Shown piece by piece: positions 25,401 through 40,706 of a stretch of 64,000 nt of DNA. Every line of letters begins with the position of its first letter. The stretch's first letter is position 1. Origin of the DNA: Octopus sinensis (lineage: Eukaryota); contig NC_043017.1 in assembly GCF_006345805.1 (NCBI RefSeq), positions 5,456,001-5,520,000 of the forward strand, read 5' to 3'. A model generated the notes under the pieces. It was not told the origin of the DNA. It saw only the letters and a list, made by a program, of their open reading frames with translations, and ran no database searches. Both the position numbers and the translations under genes were made by a program.

Positions 25401-28400
25401 AAACAAACAAACAAACAAACAAGCCAACAAACAAACAAACCAACAAACAAATTAACTAACAAACCAACAAACAAAACAACAAACAAACCGACCAACAAAC
25501 AAACAAACCATTTTACAAATTAACTTACAAACAAACCAACCAACAAACAAAACAACAAACCAACCAACAAACAAACCTAGAAACAAACCACAAATAAAAC
25601 CAACAACAACCAACAATAAACCAACAACAAACAAACAAACAACAAACAAGCCAACAAAAAACAAACAACCAACAAAACAATTAACTAACAAACAAACAAA
25701 CAACCCGACATAAACCAACCAACAAACAAACCAACAAACAAACCATCAAACCAACAAACAAAGAAACCCACAAACAAACAACCACAAACCAACAACAAAT
25801 TAACTAACAAACCAACAATCAAAGCACAAACAAACCAACAAACAAACAAACCAACACATAAACCCAACGAACAAACAAACCAACAACAACAAACACCCAC
25901 AAATAAACCAACAAAGAACAAACCAACAGACAAACCAAAAACAACAAAACAACCACCAACCAACAAAACATCAAACCAACCAACAAACAACCTACAAAAA
26001 CAACAAACAACAACCAACAAACAAACCAACAGATAAACCAACAAACAAACAAACAAACAAACAAACAAACAAACCAAAAAAACAAACCAACATACCAAAA
26101 AACAAACCAATAAACAAACAAACTAATAAACAAACGAACCAACAAACAAACCAACAAACAAACAAACAAACCAACCAACAAATCAACAAACAAACAAACC
26201 AACACACCAACAAGCAAACCAACAGACAAACCAACCAACAAACCAACAAACAAACAAACAAACCGACAAACAAAGAAACCATCAAACAAATTAACTAACA
26301 AACAAACAAACAAACAGATAAACCAACCAACAAACAAACGAACCAACAAACAAACAAACAAACAAATGAAGGAACAAGCAACAAACAACCAACTAACAAA
26401 CAACCAACAAACAAATTAACTAACAAACCAACAACACACCAACAATCAACCAACAACAAACAACCAACAACAAACAAAACCAACCACAACCAACCAACAA
26501 AACAAACCAACAAACCACAACAACCAACACAACAACAAAAAACCAACAAACAAACCAACCAATAAACCAACAACAAACAAACCAACCAACAAACAAACCC
26601 ACAAATAAACCCAACAAACAAACCAACCAACAACCACCAATGAACACAACCGACCAACATCCAACAAACAAACAACCAACCAACAAACAAACAAAAACCA
26701 TCAGACAAATCAACTAACAACTAACAAACAAACCAACCAACCAACAAACCTACAAACAAACAAACCAACCAACAAACAAACAAACAAACCAACAGACAAA
26801 CCAACAAACAAACCAACAAACCAACCAACAAACAAAACAACAAACCAACCAACAAACAAACCAACAAACAAACCGACAAAAAACCAACAAACAAACAAAC
26901 CAACCGACAAACAAAGAAACCATCAAACAAATTAACTAAGAAAGAAACAAACAAACCAACAAATAAACCAACCAACAAACAAACAAACCAACAAACAAAC
27001 AAACCAACCAACAAACAAACAAACCAACAAACAAATTAACTAACAAACCAACAAACAAACCAACAAACAACCAACAAACAAACAACCAACACAAAACCAA
27101 CAATAAATCAACAACCAACCAACAACAACAAACCACCAATAAAAACCAACAAACAAACAAACAAACCAACAGACAAACCAACCAACAAACAAACAACCCA
27201 ACCAACAAACAAAACAACACCAACCAACAAACAACCTACAAACAAACCGACAAACAACCCAACAAACAAACCAAACAGATAACCCATCAAACAAACAAAC
27301 AAACAACAAACAAGCCAACAAACAAACAAACCACCAACAAATTACCTAACAAACCAACAAACAAACCAACAAACAACCGACCAACAAACCAACAAACAAA
27401 CAAAACCATTTTACAATTAACTTACCAATAAACCAACAACCAACCAACAAACAAACAACCCACAAATAAACCAACAACAAACAAACAAACCAACAGATAA
27501 CCAACAAACAAGCCAACAAAACAAACAACCAACAAACAATAACTAACAAAACAACAAACAAACCGACCAACAAGCCAACAAACAAACAAACCTTTTACAA
27601 ATTAACTAACAAACAAACCAACAAACCAACCAACAAACAAACGAACCCACATATAAACCAACAAACAAACAAACAAACCAACAGACAAACCAACAAACAA
27701 ACAAACAAACCAGCCAACAAACAAAACAACAAACCAACCAACAAACAAACCTACAAACAAACCGACAAACAAACCAACAAACAAACCAACCAACACACCA
27801 ACAAACAAACCAATAAACAAACAAACCAACAAACAAACAAACAAACCAACAAATCAAGAAACAAACAAACCACAAAAGAAACAACAAAGAACCAACAAAC
27901 AAACACAAACACAAACAAACACCAACACAAAACCAACCACCACCAACCAACCAACACACCAACAACAAACCAACCACAAATCCAAAAAAAAAAAAACAAA
28001 CAAACAAACCAAATAACAAACCAACAACCAAAAACAAGCCAATAACAAACATACTAATAAGCAAACGAACTAACAAACAAACAAACAAACAAACAAGCAA
28101 ATCAACCAACACGTAAACCAAACAACTAACCAACAAACCAACCAACAGACAAACTAACAAACAACCAACAACCAACCAACAAACCAACAAATAACCAACA
28201 GACCTACAAACAAACAAACCGACAAACCAACAAACCTACAAGGAAATAAACCAAAACAACCAACAAACCAACAAACAACCAACAAACAAACAAACCAAAC
28301 AATAAACCAACAAACAACAAACAAACAAACCAACAAACCTACAACAAACAACAAACAAATTAACTAACAAACAAAAACCACAACAAATTAACTAAACAAA

Positions 28401-31400
28401 CCAACAAACAAACCCACAAATAAACCAACAAACCAACAAACCAACCAACAAACAAACCACAACAAACCAACAAACAAACAAACCAACAATAAACCAACAA
28501 CACAAACAACAAACAACCCAACAAACACACCAACCAACACCAACCAACACACCAACCAAACAACCAACCCACCAATCAACAAACAAACCAAAAAAACAAA
28601 CCAACATACCAAAAAAAACCAACATAAACAAAACAAACTAATAAACAAACGAACCAACAAACAAAAACAAACCAACAACAACAAAAAAACCAACCAACAA
28701 ATCAACAAACAAACACAACACCACCAACAAACAAACACACACAACAAAACAAACCAACAAACAAACAAACAAACCGACAAACAAAGAAACCATCAAACAA
28801 ATTAACTAACAAACAAACAAAACAAATAAACCAACCAACAAACAAACGAACCAACAAACAAACAAACAAACAAACCAACAAGCAAACAAACAAACCAACT
28901 AACAAACAAACAAACCAACAAACAAATTAACTAACAAACCAACAAACTAACCAACAAACCAACAAACAAACCAACAAACAAACAAACCAACAAACAAACC
29001 AACAGATAAACCAACAAACAAACAAACAAACAAACAAACCAACCAACAAACCAACCAACAAACAAACCAACGAACAAACCGACCGACAAACCAACAAACA
29101 AACCATCAGACAAATTAACTAACAAACAAACCAACAGACAAACAAACAAACTAACCAACAAACAAACCAACAAACAAACCGACAAACAAACCAACAAACA
29201 AACCGACAAACAAACCAACAAACAAACAAACCAACCGACAAACAAAGAAACCATCAACACATTAACAACAACAACAAACCAAACCGACAAACAAGAAAAC
29301 CATCAAACAAATTAACTAACAAACACAACAACGAAACAAATAAACCAAAAACCAACAAACAAAAACCAACAAACAAACAAACAATCAACAAACAAACCAA
29401 CAAACAAATAAATAACAAACCACAAACAACCAACAAACAAACAAACCAACAACAAACCAAAGATAAACCAACAAACAAACCAACCAACAACAACCCACAA
29501 ATAAACCCAACAACAAACACCAACCAAAAACAAACCAATGAAACAAACCGACCACCATCCAACAAACAAACAACTAAAACGAACAAACAAACAAACCATC
29601 AAACAAATCAACTAACAAACTAACAAACAAACCAACAAACAAACCTACAATCAAACAAACCAACCAACAAACAAACAACAAACCAACAGACAACCAACAA
29701 ACAAATCACAAAACCAACAAACAAAACAACAAACCAACCAACAAACAAACAAACAAACCGACAACAAAGAAACCATCAAACAATTAACTAACAAACAAAC
29801 AACAAACCAACAATAACCAACCAACAAACAACAAACCAACAAACAACAAACCAACCAACAACAACAAACCAACGAACAAATTAACTAACAAACACAAACC
29901 AACAAACAAACCAACAACAACCAACAAACAAACACCACCAGATTAATCAACAAACAAAACAAACCAACAAACAAACCAAACAACCCACCAAACCAAACCA
30001 ACAAAAAACAAACAACCAACAGACAAACCAACAAACAAACAAACAAACCAAACCAACCACCAACAAAACAACAAACCAACCAACAAACAAACCTACACCA
30101 AACCGACAAACAACCAACAAACAAACCAACCAACAACAAACAAACCAACAAACAAACAACAAGCCAACAAACAAACAAACCAACAAACAAATTAACTAAC
30201 AAACCAACAACACACAACAAACAAACCAACCAACAAACCAACAAACAAACAACCATTTTACAAATTAACTTACAACAACCAACAAAACCAACCAACAAAC
30301 AAACGAACCCACATAACCAACCAACAAATAAACAACCAACAGACAAACCACAAACAAACAAACAACAAACCCAACCAACAAACAACCTACAAACAAACCG
30401 ACAAATAACCAACAAACAACCAACCAGATAACCAACAACAAACAACAAACAAACAAGCCAACAAACAAACCAACAAACAAATTAACTACAAACCAACAAA
30501 CAAACCGACAAATAAACCAACCAACAAACAAACCAACAAACAACAACAAACCAAACCACAAACCAACAAACATCAACCAACCAACAAACAAACCTACAAA
30601 CAACCGACAACAAACAACAACACCACAGATAAACCAACCAACAAACAAACCCACACCAACAAACACAACCAACAAACAAACAAACCAACAAACAATAACT
30701 AACAAACCACAAAACAAAACAACAAACCAACGACCAACAAACAAACAAACCATTTTACAAATTAACTTACCACACAACCAACCAACAAACAAAACAACAA
30801 CCACACCAACAAACAAACATAAAACAAAACCGACAAATAAACAACAAACAAACCAACAATAAACCAACAAACAAACAAACAACAACAAACAAACCAACAA
30901 ACCAAAACCCTTAACTAACAAACAACACAACCCGACAAATAAACCACCAACAAACAAAAACCAACAAACAAAAACAAACAAACCCTCAAACCAACAAACA
31001 AAACAAACAACACACACAAACAAACAAACCAACAAACAAATTAACTAACAAACCAACAATCAAAGCAACAAACAAACCAACAAACAAACAAACCAACACA
31101 TAAACCAACGAACAAACAAACCAACCAACAAACAAACAAACCCACAAATAAACCAACAAACAAACAAACCAACAGACAAACCAACAAACAAACAAACAAA
31201 CCAACCAACAAACAAAACATCAAACCAACCAACAAACAAACCTACAAACAAACCGACAAACAAACCAACAAACAAACCAACAGATAAACCAACAAACAAA
31301 CAAACAAACAAACAAACAAACAAACCAAAAAAACAAACCAACACACCAAAAAACAAGCCAATAAACAAACAAACTAATAAACAAACGAACCAACAAACAA

Positions 31401-34400
31401 ACCAACAAACAACAACAAACCCAACCAACAAATCAACAAACAACCAAACCAACACACCAACAAGCAAACCAACAGACAAACCAACCAACAAACCAACAAA
31501 CAAACAAACAAACCGACAAACAAAGAAACCATCAAACAAATTAACTAACAAACAAACAAACAAACAGATAAACCAACCAACAAACAAACGAACCAACAAA
31601 CAAACAAACAAACAAACGAAGCAACAAGCAAACAAACAAACCAACTAACAAACAAACCAACAAACAAATTAACTAACAAACCAACAAACACACCAACAAT
31701 CAAACCAACAAACAAACAAACCAACAAACAAACAAACAAACAACCAACAAACCAACCAACAAACAAACCAACAAACCAACAAACAAACCAACAAACAAAC
31801 AAACCAACAAACAAACCAACAGATAAACCAACAAACAAACAAACCAACCAACAAACAAACCCACAAATAAACCAACAAACAAACCAACCAACAAACAAAC
31901 CAATGAACAAACCGACCAACATCCAACAAACAAACAAACCAACCAACAAACAAACAAACCATCAGACAAATCAACTAACAAACTAACAAACAAACCAACA
32001 AACAAACCTACAAACAAACAAACCAACCAACAAACAAACAAACAAACCAACAGACAAACCAACACACAAACCAACAAACCAACCAACAAACAAAACAACA
32101 AACCAACCAACAAACAAACCAACAAACAAACCGACAAACAAACCAAAAATCAAACAAACCAACCGACAAACAAAGAAACCATCGAAAAAATGAACTAACA
32201 AACAAACGAACAAACCAACAAATAAACCAACCAACAAACAAACAAACCAACAAACAACAACAACCACAAACAAACACCAACAACAAATTAACTAAACAAA
32301 CAACCAACAAACAAACCAACAAACAAACAACAAACAAACAAACCAAAAAAACAAACCAACAGATAATCACAAAAACCAACCACAACAAACAAAACAACCC
32401 ACAAATAAACCAACAAACAACAACCAACCAACAGACAAACCAACAAACAACAACCAAACCAACCAACAAACAAAACAACAACCACCAACAAACAACCTAC
32501 AAACAAACCGACAAACAAAACCAACAAACCAACAGATAAACCATCAAACAAACAACAACCAACAAACAACCAACAACCAACAAACCCAACAAAAATTACT
32601 AACAAACCAACAAACAAACCAACAAACAAACCGACCAACCAACCAACAAACAAACAAACCATTTTACAAATTAACTTACCAATAAACCAACAAACCAACC
32701 AACAAACAAACAAACCCACAAATAAACCAACAAACAAACAAACAAACCAACAGATAAACCAACAAACAAACAAACAAGCCAACCAACAAACAAACCAACA
32801 AACAAATTAACTAACAAAACAACAAACAAACCGACCAACAAGCCAACAAACAAACAAACCATTTTACAAATTAACTAACAAACAAACCAACAAACCAACC
32901 AACAAACAAACGAACCCACAAATAAACCAACAAACAACAAACAAACCAACAAACAAACAAACAAACCAACCAACAAACAAAACAACAAACCAACCAACAA
33001 ACAAACCTACAAACAAACCGACAAACAAACCAACAAACAAACCAACAAACCAACCAACACACCAACAAACAAACCAATAAACAAACAAACCAACAAACAA
33101 ACAAACAAACCAACAAATCAAGAAACAAACAAACCAACAAAGAAACCAACAAAGAAACCAACAAACAAACAAACAAACCAACCAACAAACAAACCAACCA
33201 CCAAACCAACCAACACACCAACAAACAAACCAACCCACAAATCAACAAACAAACCAAATAACAAACCAACAAACCAAAAAACAAGCCAATAAACAAACAA
33301 ACTAATAAACAAACGAACCAACAAACAAACAAACAAACAACCAACAAATCAACAAACCAACAAACAAACAAACAAACAAACAAGCAAATCAACCAACAAG
33401 TAAACCAAACAACTAACCAACAAACCAACCAACAGACAAACTAACAAACAAACCAACAACCAAACCAACAAACCAACAAATAAACCAACAGACCTACAAA
33501 CAAACAAACCGACAAACCAACAAACCTACAAACAAATAAACCAAACAACAAACAAACCAACAAACAAACCAACAAACAAACAAACCAACAAATAAACCAA
33601 CAAACAAACAAACAAACAAACCAACAAACCTACAAACAAACCAACAAACAAATTAACTAACAAACAAACAAACCAACAAACAAATTAACTAACAAACCAA
33701 CAAACAAACCCACAAATAAACCAACAAACCAACAAACCAACAAACAAACAAACCAACAAACAAACCAACAAACAAACAAACCAACAAATAAACCAACAAA
33801 CAAACAAACAAACAAACCAACAAACAAACCAACCAACAAACCAACCAACACACCAACAAACAAACCAACCCACAAATCAACAAACAAACCAAAAAAACAA
33901 ACCAACATACCAAAAAACAAGCCAATAAACAAACAAACTAATAAACAAACGAACCAACAAACAAACCAACAAACAAACAAACAAACCAACCAACAAATCA
34001 ACAAACAAACAAACCAACACACCAACAAGCAAACCAACAAACAAACCAACCAACAAACCAACAAACAAACAAACAAACCAACAAACAAAGAAACCATCAA
34101 ACAAATTAACTAACAAACAAACAAACAAACAAATAAACCAACCAACAAACAAACGAACCAACAAACAAACAAACAAACAAAGCAACAAGCAAACAAACAA
34201 ACCAACTAACAAACAAACCAACAAACAAATTAACTAACAAACCAACAAACAAACCAACAAACCAACCAACAAACAAACCAACAAACAACAAACCAACAAA
34301 CAAACAAACCAACAAACAAACCAACAGATAAACCAACAAACAAACAAACCAACCAACAAACAAACAAACCCACAAATAAACCAACAAACAAACCAACCAA

Positions 34401-37400
34401 CAAACAAACCAATGAACAAACCGACCAACATCCAACAAACAAAGAAACCAACCAACAAACAAACCATCACACAAATCAACTAACAAACTAACAAACAAAC
34501 CAACAAACAAACCTACAAACAAACAAACCAACCAACAAACAAACAAACAAACCAACAGACAAACCAACAAACAAACCAACAAACCAACCAACAAACAAAA
34601 CAACAAACCAACCAACAAACAAACCAACAAACAAACCGACAAACAAACCAACAAACAAACAAACCAACAAATAAACCAACCAACAAACAAACAAACCAAC
34701 AAACAAACAACCCAAACCAACAAACAACAAACCAACAACAAATTAACTAACAAACCAACAAACAAACCAACAAACAACCACAACAACCAACAAACAAACC
34801 AACAGATAAATCAACAAACCAACACCAACCAAAACAAACAAACAAACCCACAAATAAACCAACAAACAACCAACAACCAACCACAACACACAACAAACCA
34901 ACACAAACAAAAACAACAAACCAACCAACAAACAAACCTACAAACAAACCGACAAACAAACACCAAAACAACAAACCACCAGATAAACCAACAAACAACA
35001 AAACAACAAACAAACAAACACCAACAAACAAACAAACCAACAAACAAATTAACTAACAAACCAACAAACAAACCAACAAACAAACAAACCATTTTACAAA
35101 TTAAGACCAATAAACAACAAACCAAACCAACAAACAAACAAAACGAACCCACAAATAAACCAACAACAAACAAACCACCAACAAACAAACCAACACAAAC
35201 CAACCAACAATAACCTACAAACAAAACACAAATAAACCAACAAAAAACCAACAGATAACCAACAAACAAACAAAACAAACAACAAGCCAACAAACAAACA
35301 AACCAACAAACAATTAACTAACAACCAACAAACAAACCAACAAATAAACCACCACAAACAAAACAAAACAACCAACAAACAAACAAACCAACCAACAAAC
35401 AAACAAACCAACAGATAAACCAACAAACAAACAAACCAACCAACAAACAAACAAACCCACAAATAAACCAACAAACAAACAAACCAACAGACAAACCAAC
35501 AAACAAACAAACAAACCAACCAACAAACAAAACAACAAACCAACCAACAAACAAACCTACAAACAAACCGACAAACAAACCAACAAACAAACCAACAGAT
35601 AAACCAACAAACAAACAAACAAACAAACAAACAAACAAACAAGCCAACAAACAAACAAACCAACAAACAAATTAACTAACAAACCAACAAACAAACCAAC
35701 AAACAAACCGACCAACAAACCTACAAACAAACAAACCATTTTACAAATTAACTAACAAACAAACCAACAAACAAACGAACCCACAAATAAACCAACAAAC
35801 AAACAAACCAACAAACAAACCAACAGATAAACCAACAAACAAACAAACCAACCAACAAACAAACAAACCCACAAATAAACCAACAAACAAACCAACAGAC
35901 AAACCAACAAACAAACAAACAAACCAACCAACAAACAAAACAACAAACCAACCAACAAACAAACCTACAAACAAACCGACAAACAAACCAACAAACAAAC
36001 CAACAGATAAACCAACAAACAAGCAAACAATCAAACAAACAAACAAACAAGCCAACAAACAAACAAACCAACAAACAAATTAACTAACAAACCAACAAAC
36101 AAACCAACAAACAAACCGACCAACAAACCAACAAACAAACAAACCATTTTACAAATTAACTAACAAACAAACCAACAAACCAACCAACAAACAAACGAAC
36201 CCACAAATAAACCAACAAACAAACAAACAAACCAACAGACAAACCAACAAACAAACAAACAAACCAACCAACAAACAAACCTACAAACAAACCGACAAAC
36301 AAACCAACAAACAAACCAACAGATAAACCAACAAACAAACAAACAAACAAACAAGCCAACAAACAAACAAACCAACAAACAAATTAACTAACAAAACAAC
36401 AAACAAACCGACCAAAACAAACACAAACAACAAACCATTTTACAAATTAACCAACAAACAAACAACCCACAAAAACCAACAAAAACAACAAACCAACAGT
36501 CAACCAACAAACCAAACAAACAAACCAACCAACAAACAAAACAAAACAAACCAACCAACAAACAAACCTACAAACAAACCGACAAACAAACCAACAAACA
36601 AACCAACAGATAAACCAACAAACAAACAAACAAACAAACAAACAAGCCAACAAACAAACAAACCAACAAACAAATTAACTAACAAACCAACAAAGAAACC
36701 AACAAACAAACCGACCAACAAACCAACAAACAAACAAACCATTTTACAAATTAACTAACAAACAAACCAACCAACAAACCAACAAACACACCATCAAACA
36801 AATTAACTAACAAACAAACAAACCAACAAATAAACCAACAAACCAACCAACAAACCAACAATCAAACCAACAAACCTACAAACAAACCAACCTAACAAAC
36901 CAACAAACAAACAAACAAGCAAACCATCAAACCAACAAACAAACAAACAACCCAATAAACAAACAAACCAACAAACAAATTAACTAACAAACCAACAAAC
37001 AAACCAATAAACCAACAAACAAACAAACCAACAGACAAACCCATAAACAAACAAACCCACAAATAAACCAACAAACAAACCAACAAACCAACCAACAAAC
37101 AAACCAACAAACAAACCGACAAACAAACCAACAAACAAACAAGCCATGAAACAAATTTACTAACAAACAAATTAACTAGCAAACTAACAAACAAACTAAC
37201 AAACAAACCTACAAAGAAACAAACCAACCAACAAAGAAACAAACAAACAACCCAACAAACAAATTAACTAACAAACAACAAACCAATAAACAAACAAACC
37301 AACAAACAAACAAACCAACAAACAAACCAACAGACAAACCAACAAACAAACAAACTAGCCAACCAACAAACCAACCAACAAACCAACAATCAAACCAACA

Positions 37401-37510
37401 AACCTACAAACAAACCAACCTAACAAACCAACAAACAAAGAAACTAAACAAACAAGCAAACCATCAAACCGACAAACAAACCAACAAACAACCAAACAAA
37501 CGAAGAAACA
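19420..37510 (+). repeat. ~18-kb degenerate (AAAC/AACC)n satellite with higher-order structure
   Basis: Plus strand is almost entirely A and C. Recurrent punctuation motifs include AAATTAACTAACAAA, CCCACAAATAAACC, CAGATAAACC, ACCTACAAAC and CATTTTACAAATT. Rare landmarks recur at ~5.2-5.3 kb. Confidence 0.97.
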
Positions 37511-39159
37511 AACATTATTCGTCTTCACTTCGAAACCAAACATCTCTCAACACATTCTAAATATTGTTGAAAGTTGTGGTCCAATATATTTGAATCTATG
37601 AAATGTAGTTTGGAATCTCAGAGGAATCTCTTTAAGAAAATGTTTGTTGAAAATGAATCTATCATTCATGTAAGTTACAAAATAGCAAATAAGTTGACAG
37701 AGCAAGAAAAGCCATTTACTGACGGAAATTTTATAAAAGAGTGCATAATGGAAGCAGCAAATGACTTGTGTCCTGTAAAAGCTAACATATTTGGCCGTGT
37801 CAGCCTTTCAGCAAGTTCAGTTGTGCGGAGAATAGAAGAACTTGGAGAGAATATACTTTTACAGATACATGAGAAAGCTAAGAAATTTTTGTGGTATTCT
37901 CTTGCAATGGATGAGTCTACTGATCACTATAGTACGTCACAACTTCTTGTGTTCATTTGTGATGTTAATTAAAACATTGAGACTATAGAAGAAATGGCAT
38001 CCGTTTGCAGTATACATGGAACAAAAACTGGAGAAGATATTTTCATAGAGGTCCAGAAAACTTTGCAAAATTATAACCTTCAGTGGAATCAGCTTCGGTG
38101 TGTTACAGTCGATGGCAGAAAAACATGGCAGGTGTGAGGAAAGGTTTGGTAGGGCGGATCCAGACCAAGTTGGAGGAGCTTCAACTTCAAAAAGCTCTGT
38201 TTATACACTGCATTATACATCAGCAAGCACTCTGTAGAAAACAGTTATTTTTTGCGTACTAAAACCGGTTACAACTGTGGTGAACTTTATTTGGAATCAT
38301 GGGCTTAATCAACGACAGTTCCAGGCCTTCCTTAAAGAAATGGATTCTAATTTCTGTGATTTGTCTTACTACACAGAAAGGAGATGGCTCAGTTGCAGTA
38401 AAGTCCTGTTTCATTTTTATAAGCTCCGAAGAGAAACAGATCTTTTTCTCACTGAAAAGAATAGAGCTGATCCACAGCTGTCAGATCCTTCATGGTTATC
38501 AAAGTTGTCATTTCTAGTTCCCATATGAATGAATTGAATTTAAAACTGCAAGGAAAGAATAACCTTGTCTGTGATCTCTACAGAATTATTACAGCATTTC
38601 GGAGAAAGCTATCATTGTTTGAAGCACAACTTGAAGGAGGAAACTTCTCTCATTTTTAGTGTTTTCAAGAGTTTTGCACAGAAAATGTGGAGCATGTTAA
38701 CTGCAAGTTTCAGGAAAAATTATTCAAGACTTAAGCTATTTTCTCAAAGATTTTCAGATCTTGACATAATTAAGAATGAAATTCTTTTGTTTGAGAATCC
38801 CTTTAGCTGTAATCTTGATAACATGCCAACTGAACTACAACTGGAACTTATTGACTTGTAAGCTAATGCCTTGTTGAAAGAGAAGCACAGAGAAGGAAAA
38901 CTCATTGAATTTTATCGCTGCTTACCTGTTGATGAGTTTTCAAAATTGAAAAAACTTACCTCAGGTATGGCATCAGTTTTTGGAACAACCTATGTTTGTG
39001 AGCAAACTTTTTTCAAAACTGAAGTGTGTGAAGTCAATACATGGAACAAGGCTCACTGATGAACATTTGAAAGCAATTCTTATGGTTGGCTGCAGCAATC
39101 ATAAAGCAAATGTTGATGATATTTTGGAAGCAAAATGCCATTTTCACAAATTTCATTAA
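37510..39159 (+). pseudogene. hAT-superfamily transposase pseudogene (GTF2IRD2/SPIN/Charlie-like), 5'-truncated
   Basis: Fragments in shifting frames: RLHFETKH (distal half of BED finger), KPFTDGNFIKEC, SLAMDESTD (first D), VTVDG (second D), HCIIHQQAL (CxxH), ERRWLSCSK, FGTTYVCEQTF (catalytic E), LTDEHLKAIL; stop at 39157-39159. Multiple stops and frameshifts. Confidence 0.92.
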
Positions 39160-39374
39160 CTTTTGTGCTGCTTACTTTATATGCAATTCAGCTATGTGTG
39201 CACTTTTACTAAAAATTCTAACTTGGTAATATTTTGGTATTATTAAAATACATTTATTGTTTTTATTATTTTGTGTATTGTATGTATTGATAAATAAATA
39301 GGATAACTTGTCTTTATTTTTTGTGTACATTCAGTGTATTCTATATTGTACTGAACTGAACAAAATATTTATCC

Positions 39375-39438
39375 GGCCCACACTTGGCATTCTTTTAGCT
39401 ATATCTGGCCCACTATGAAAATAGTTTGGTAACTCCTG
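39375..39438 (+). mobile_element. Right end and TIR of the hAT element
   Basis: CCGGCCCAC...CTGGCCCACTATGAAAATAGTTTGGTAACTCCTG; the reverse complement CAGGAGTTACCAAACTA resembles Charlie/SPIN-type TIRs, with GGCCC subterminal motifs. Confidence 0.7.
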
Positions 39439-39538
39439 AGTTAGAGTATACATTGCTTTGTATGGATGAGTCTTCTGCAGCACTACAATCAGCAAGGTCC
39501 TTCATCATCTCCTCCATGAGTTGCAGCATCTCTCTCTC

Positions 39539-39575
<37 letters not shown>

Positions 39576-39614
39576 TAATTAATAGTAGTTGGATTTCGTA
39601 TTACACTTTTATTA

Positions 39615-39656
39615 GGCAACATATGTTTCGACCCATCAGTTTGGGTCTCTTCAAGT
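39615..39656 (-). ncRNA. Degenerate minimal hammerhead-like motif (Penelope-like remnant)
   Basis: Minus strand TTGAAGA-GACCC-AAACTGAT-GGGTC-GAAACATATGTT-GCC: perfect 5-bp stem II, palindromic AACATATGTT stem III, C3U core change, stem I not intact. Confidence 0.45.
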
Positions 39657-40650
39657 ACATTGATAAAGAAGTCTCACTAAAGATTTTTAGTGTCAACTGG
39701 CTTGTTGTTATATGCCCATCAAGTTCAGGAATGAATAAAAGCAAATAATATTATAGAAAAGCAAAAAAATTAAATATGAACATGGAAATCATGTGTTCCG
39801 ATTAAGATAAAATTGCCTAATCAGCTTTCGCTGTCATAACTGCTTAGAGGGAAAAGAAAGTAGGAGAAAGGAAGGTATAGGAAATTTTTTATCAGGTGGT
39901 GCTATTAAGTTAGACATGGCCTGGACCAATCTTTGGTCGAAACATATCTAAGTTTATCTAAGTTTAATACTTAGACAAGTAGTTTCATGTTCGTGCATAT
40001 ACACACACACATACATTATATATATATATATATATATATAATGTGAATGTGTGTGTCTGTCTTTGTGTGTGTGTATCTGGGTCTATGTACATATCTATAT
40101 GCATCTTTTTATGTGTATGTGTATACGTGTCTATATGCACATGTGTACCTACATATGAGTTTGTGTCTATATATGTGCATGTATGTATGTATGTCGTACT
40201 GGCTTTCATGGGAAACATGTATCTTCGTGGTTGAAACCTTTTGGATTAACTGGTGCTAGAGTGAGCAATATATTGACCACTCTCTTATATTTGTTTTGTA
40301 AAAGTATTGTAATATGTTATAAAATATTATAATAATCCAGGTTTCTCGTAGCACTAGGCCACTTGGTGTTGAATAAATATACTATTAAATTAGTATCTAA
40401 TTCTCTCACCCTTATTAATTAATTATGTATATATATATATATATACAGATACACATATACACACACATGTATATATACATACATATACATATATGCACAT
40501 ACATATATGAACATAACAAAATCATATATGTAGGTACACATGTGCATATACACATATATGCACATACACACACAGATGCATATAGATATGTACATAGACC
40601 CATATACACAAAGACAGACAGACACACACACATTATACACAACACACATG

Positions 40651-40702
<52 letters not shown>

Positions 40703-40706
<4 letters not shown>

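Noticed and set aside
19420-37510. Telomeric or interstitial telomeric repeat
   Set aside because: The unit is AAAC/AACC, not the CCCTAA expected for molluscs.
19252-37543. Over a hundred minus-strand ORFs rich in V/C/L/F/W/G that resemble membrane proteins
   Set aside because: They are translations of the GTTT/GGTT satellite in all three frames, with stops falling at the recurrent punctuation word; there is no frame preference.
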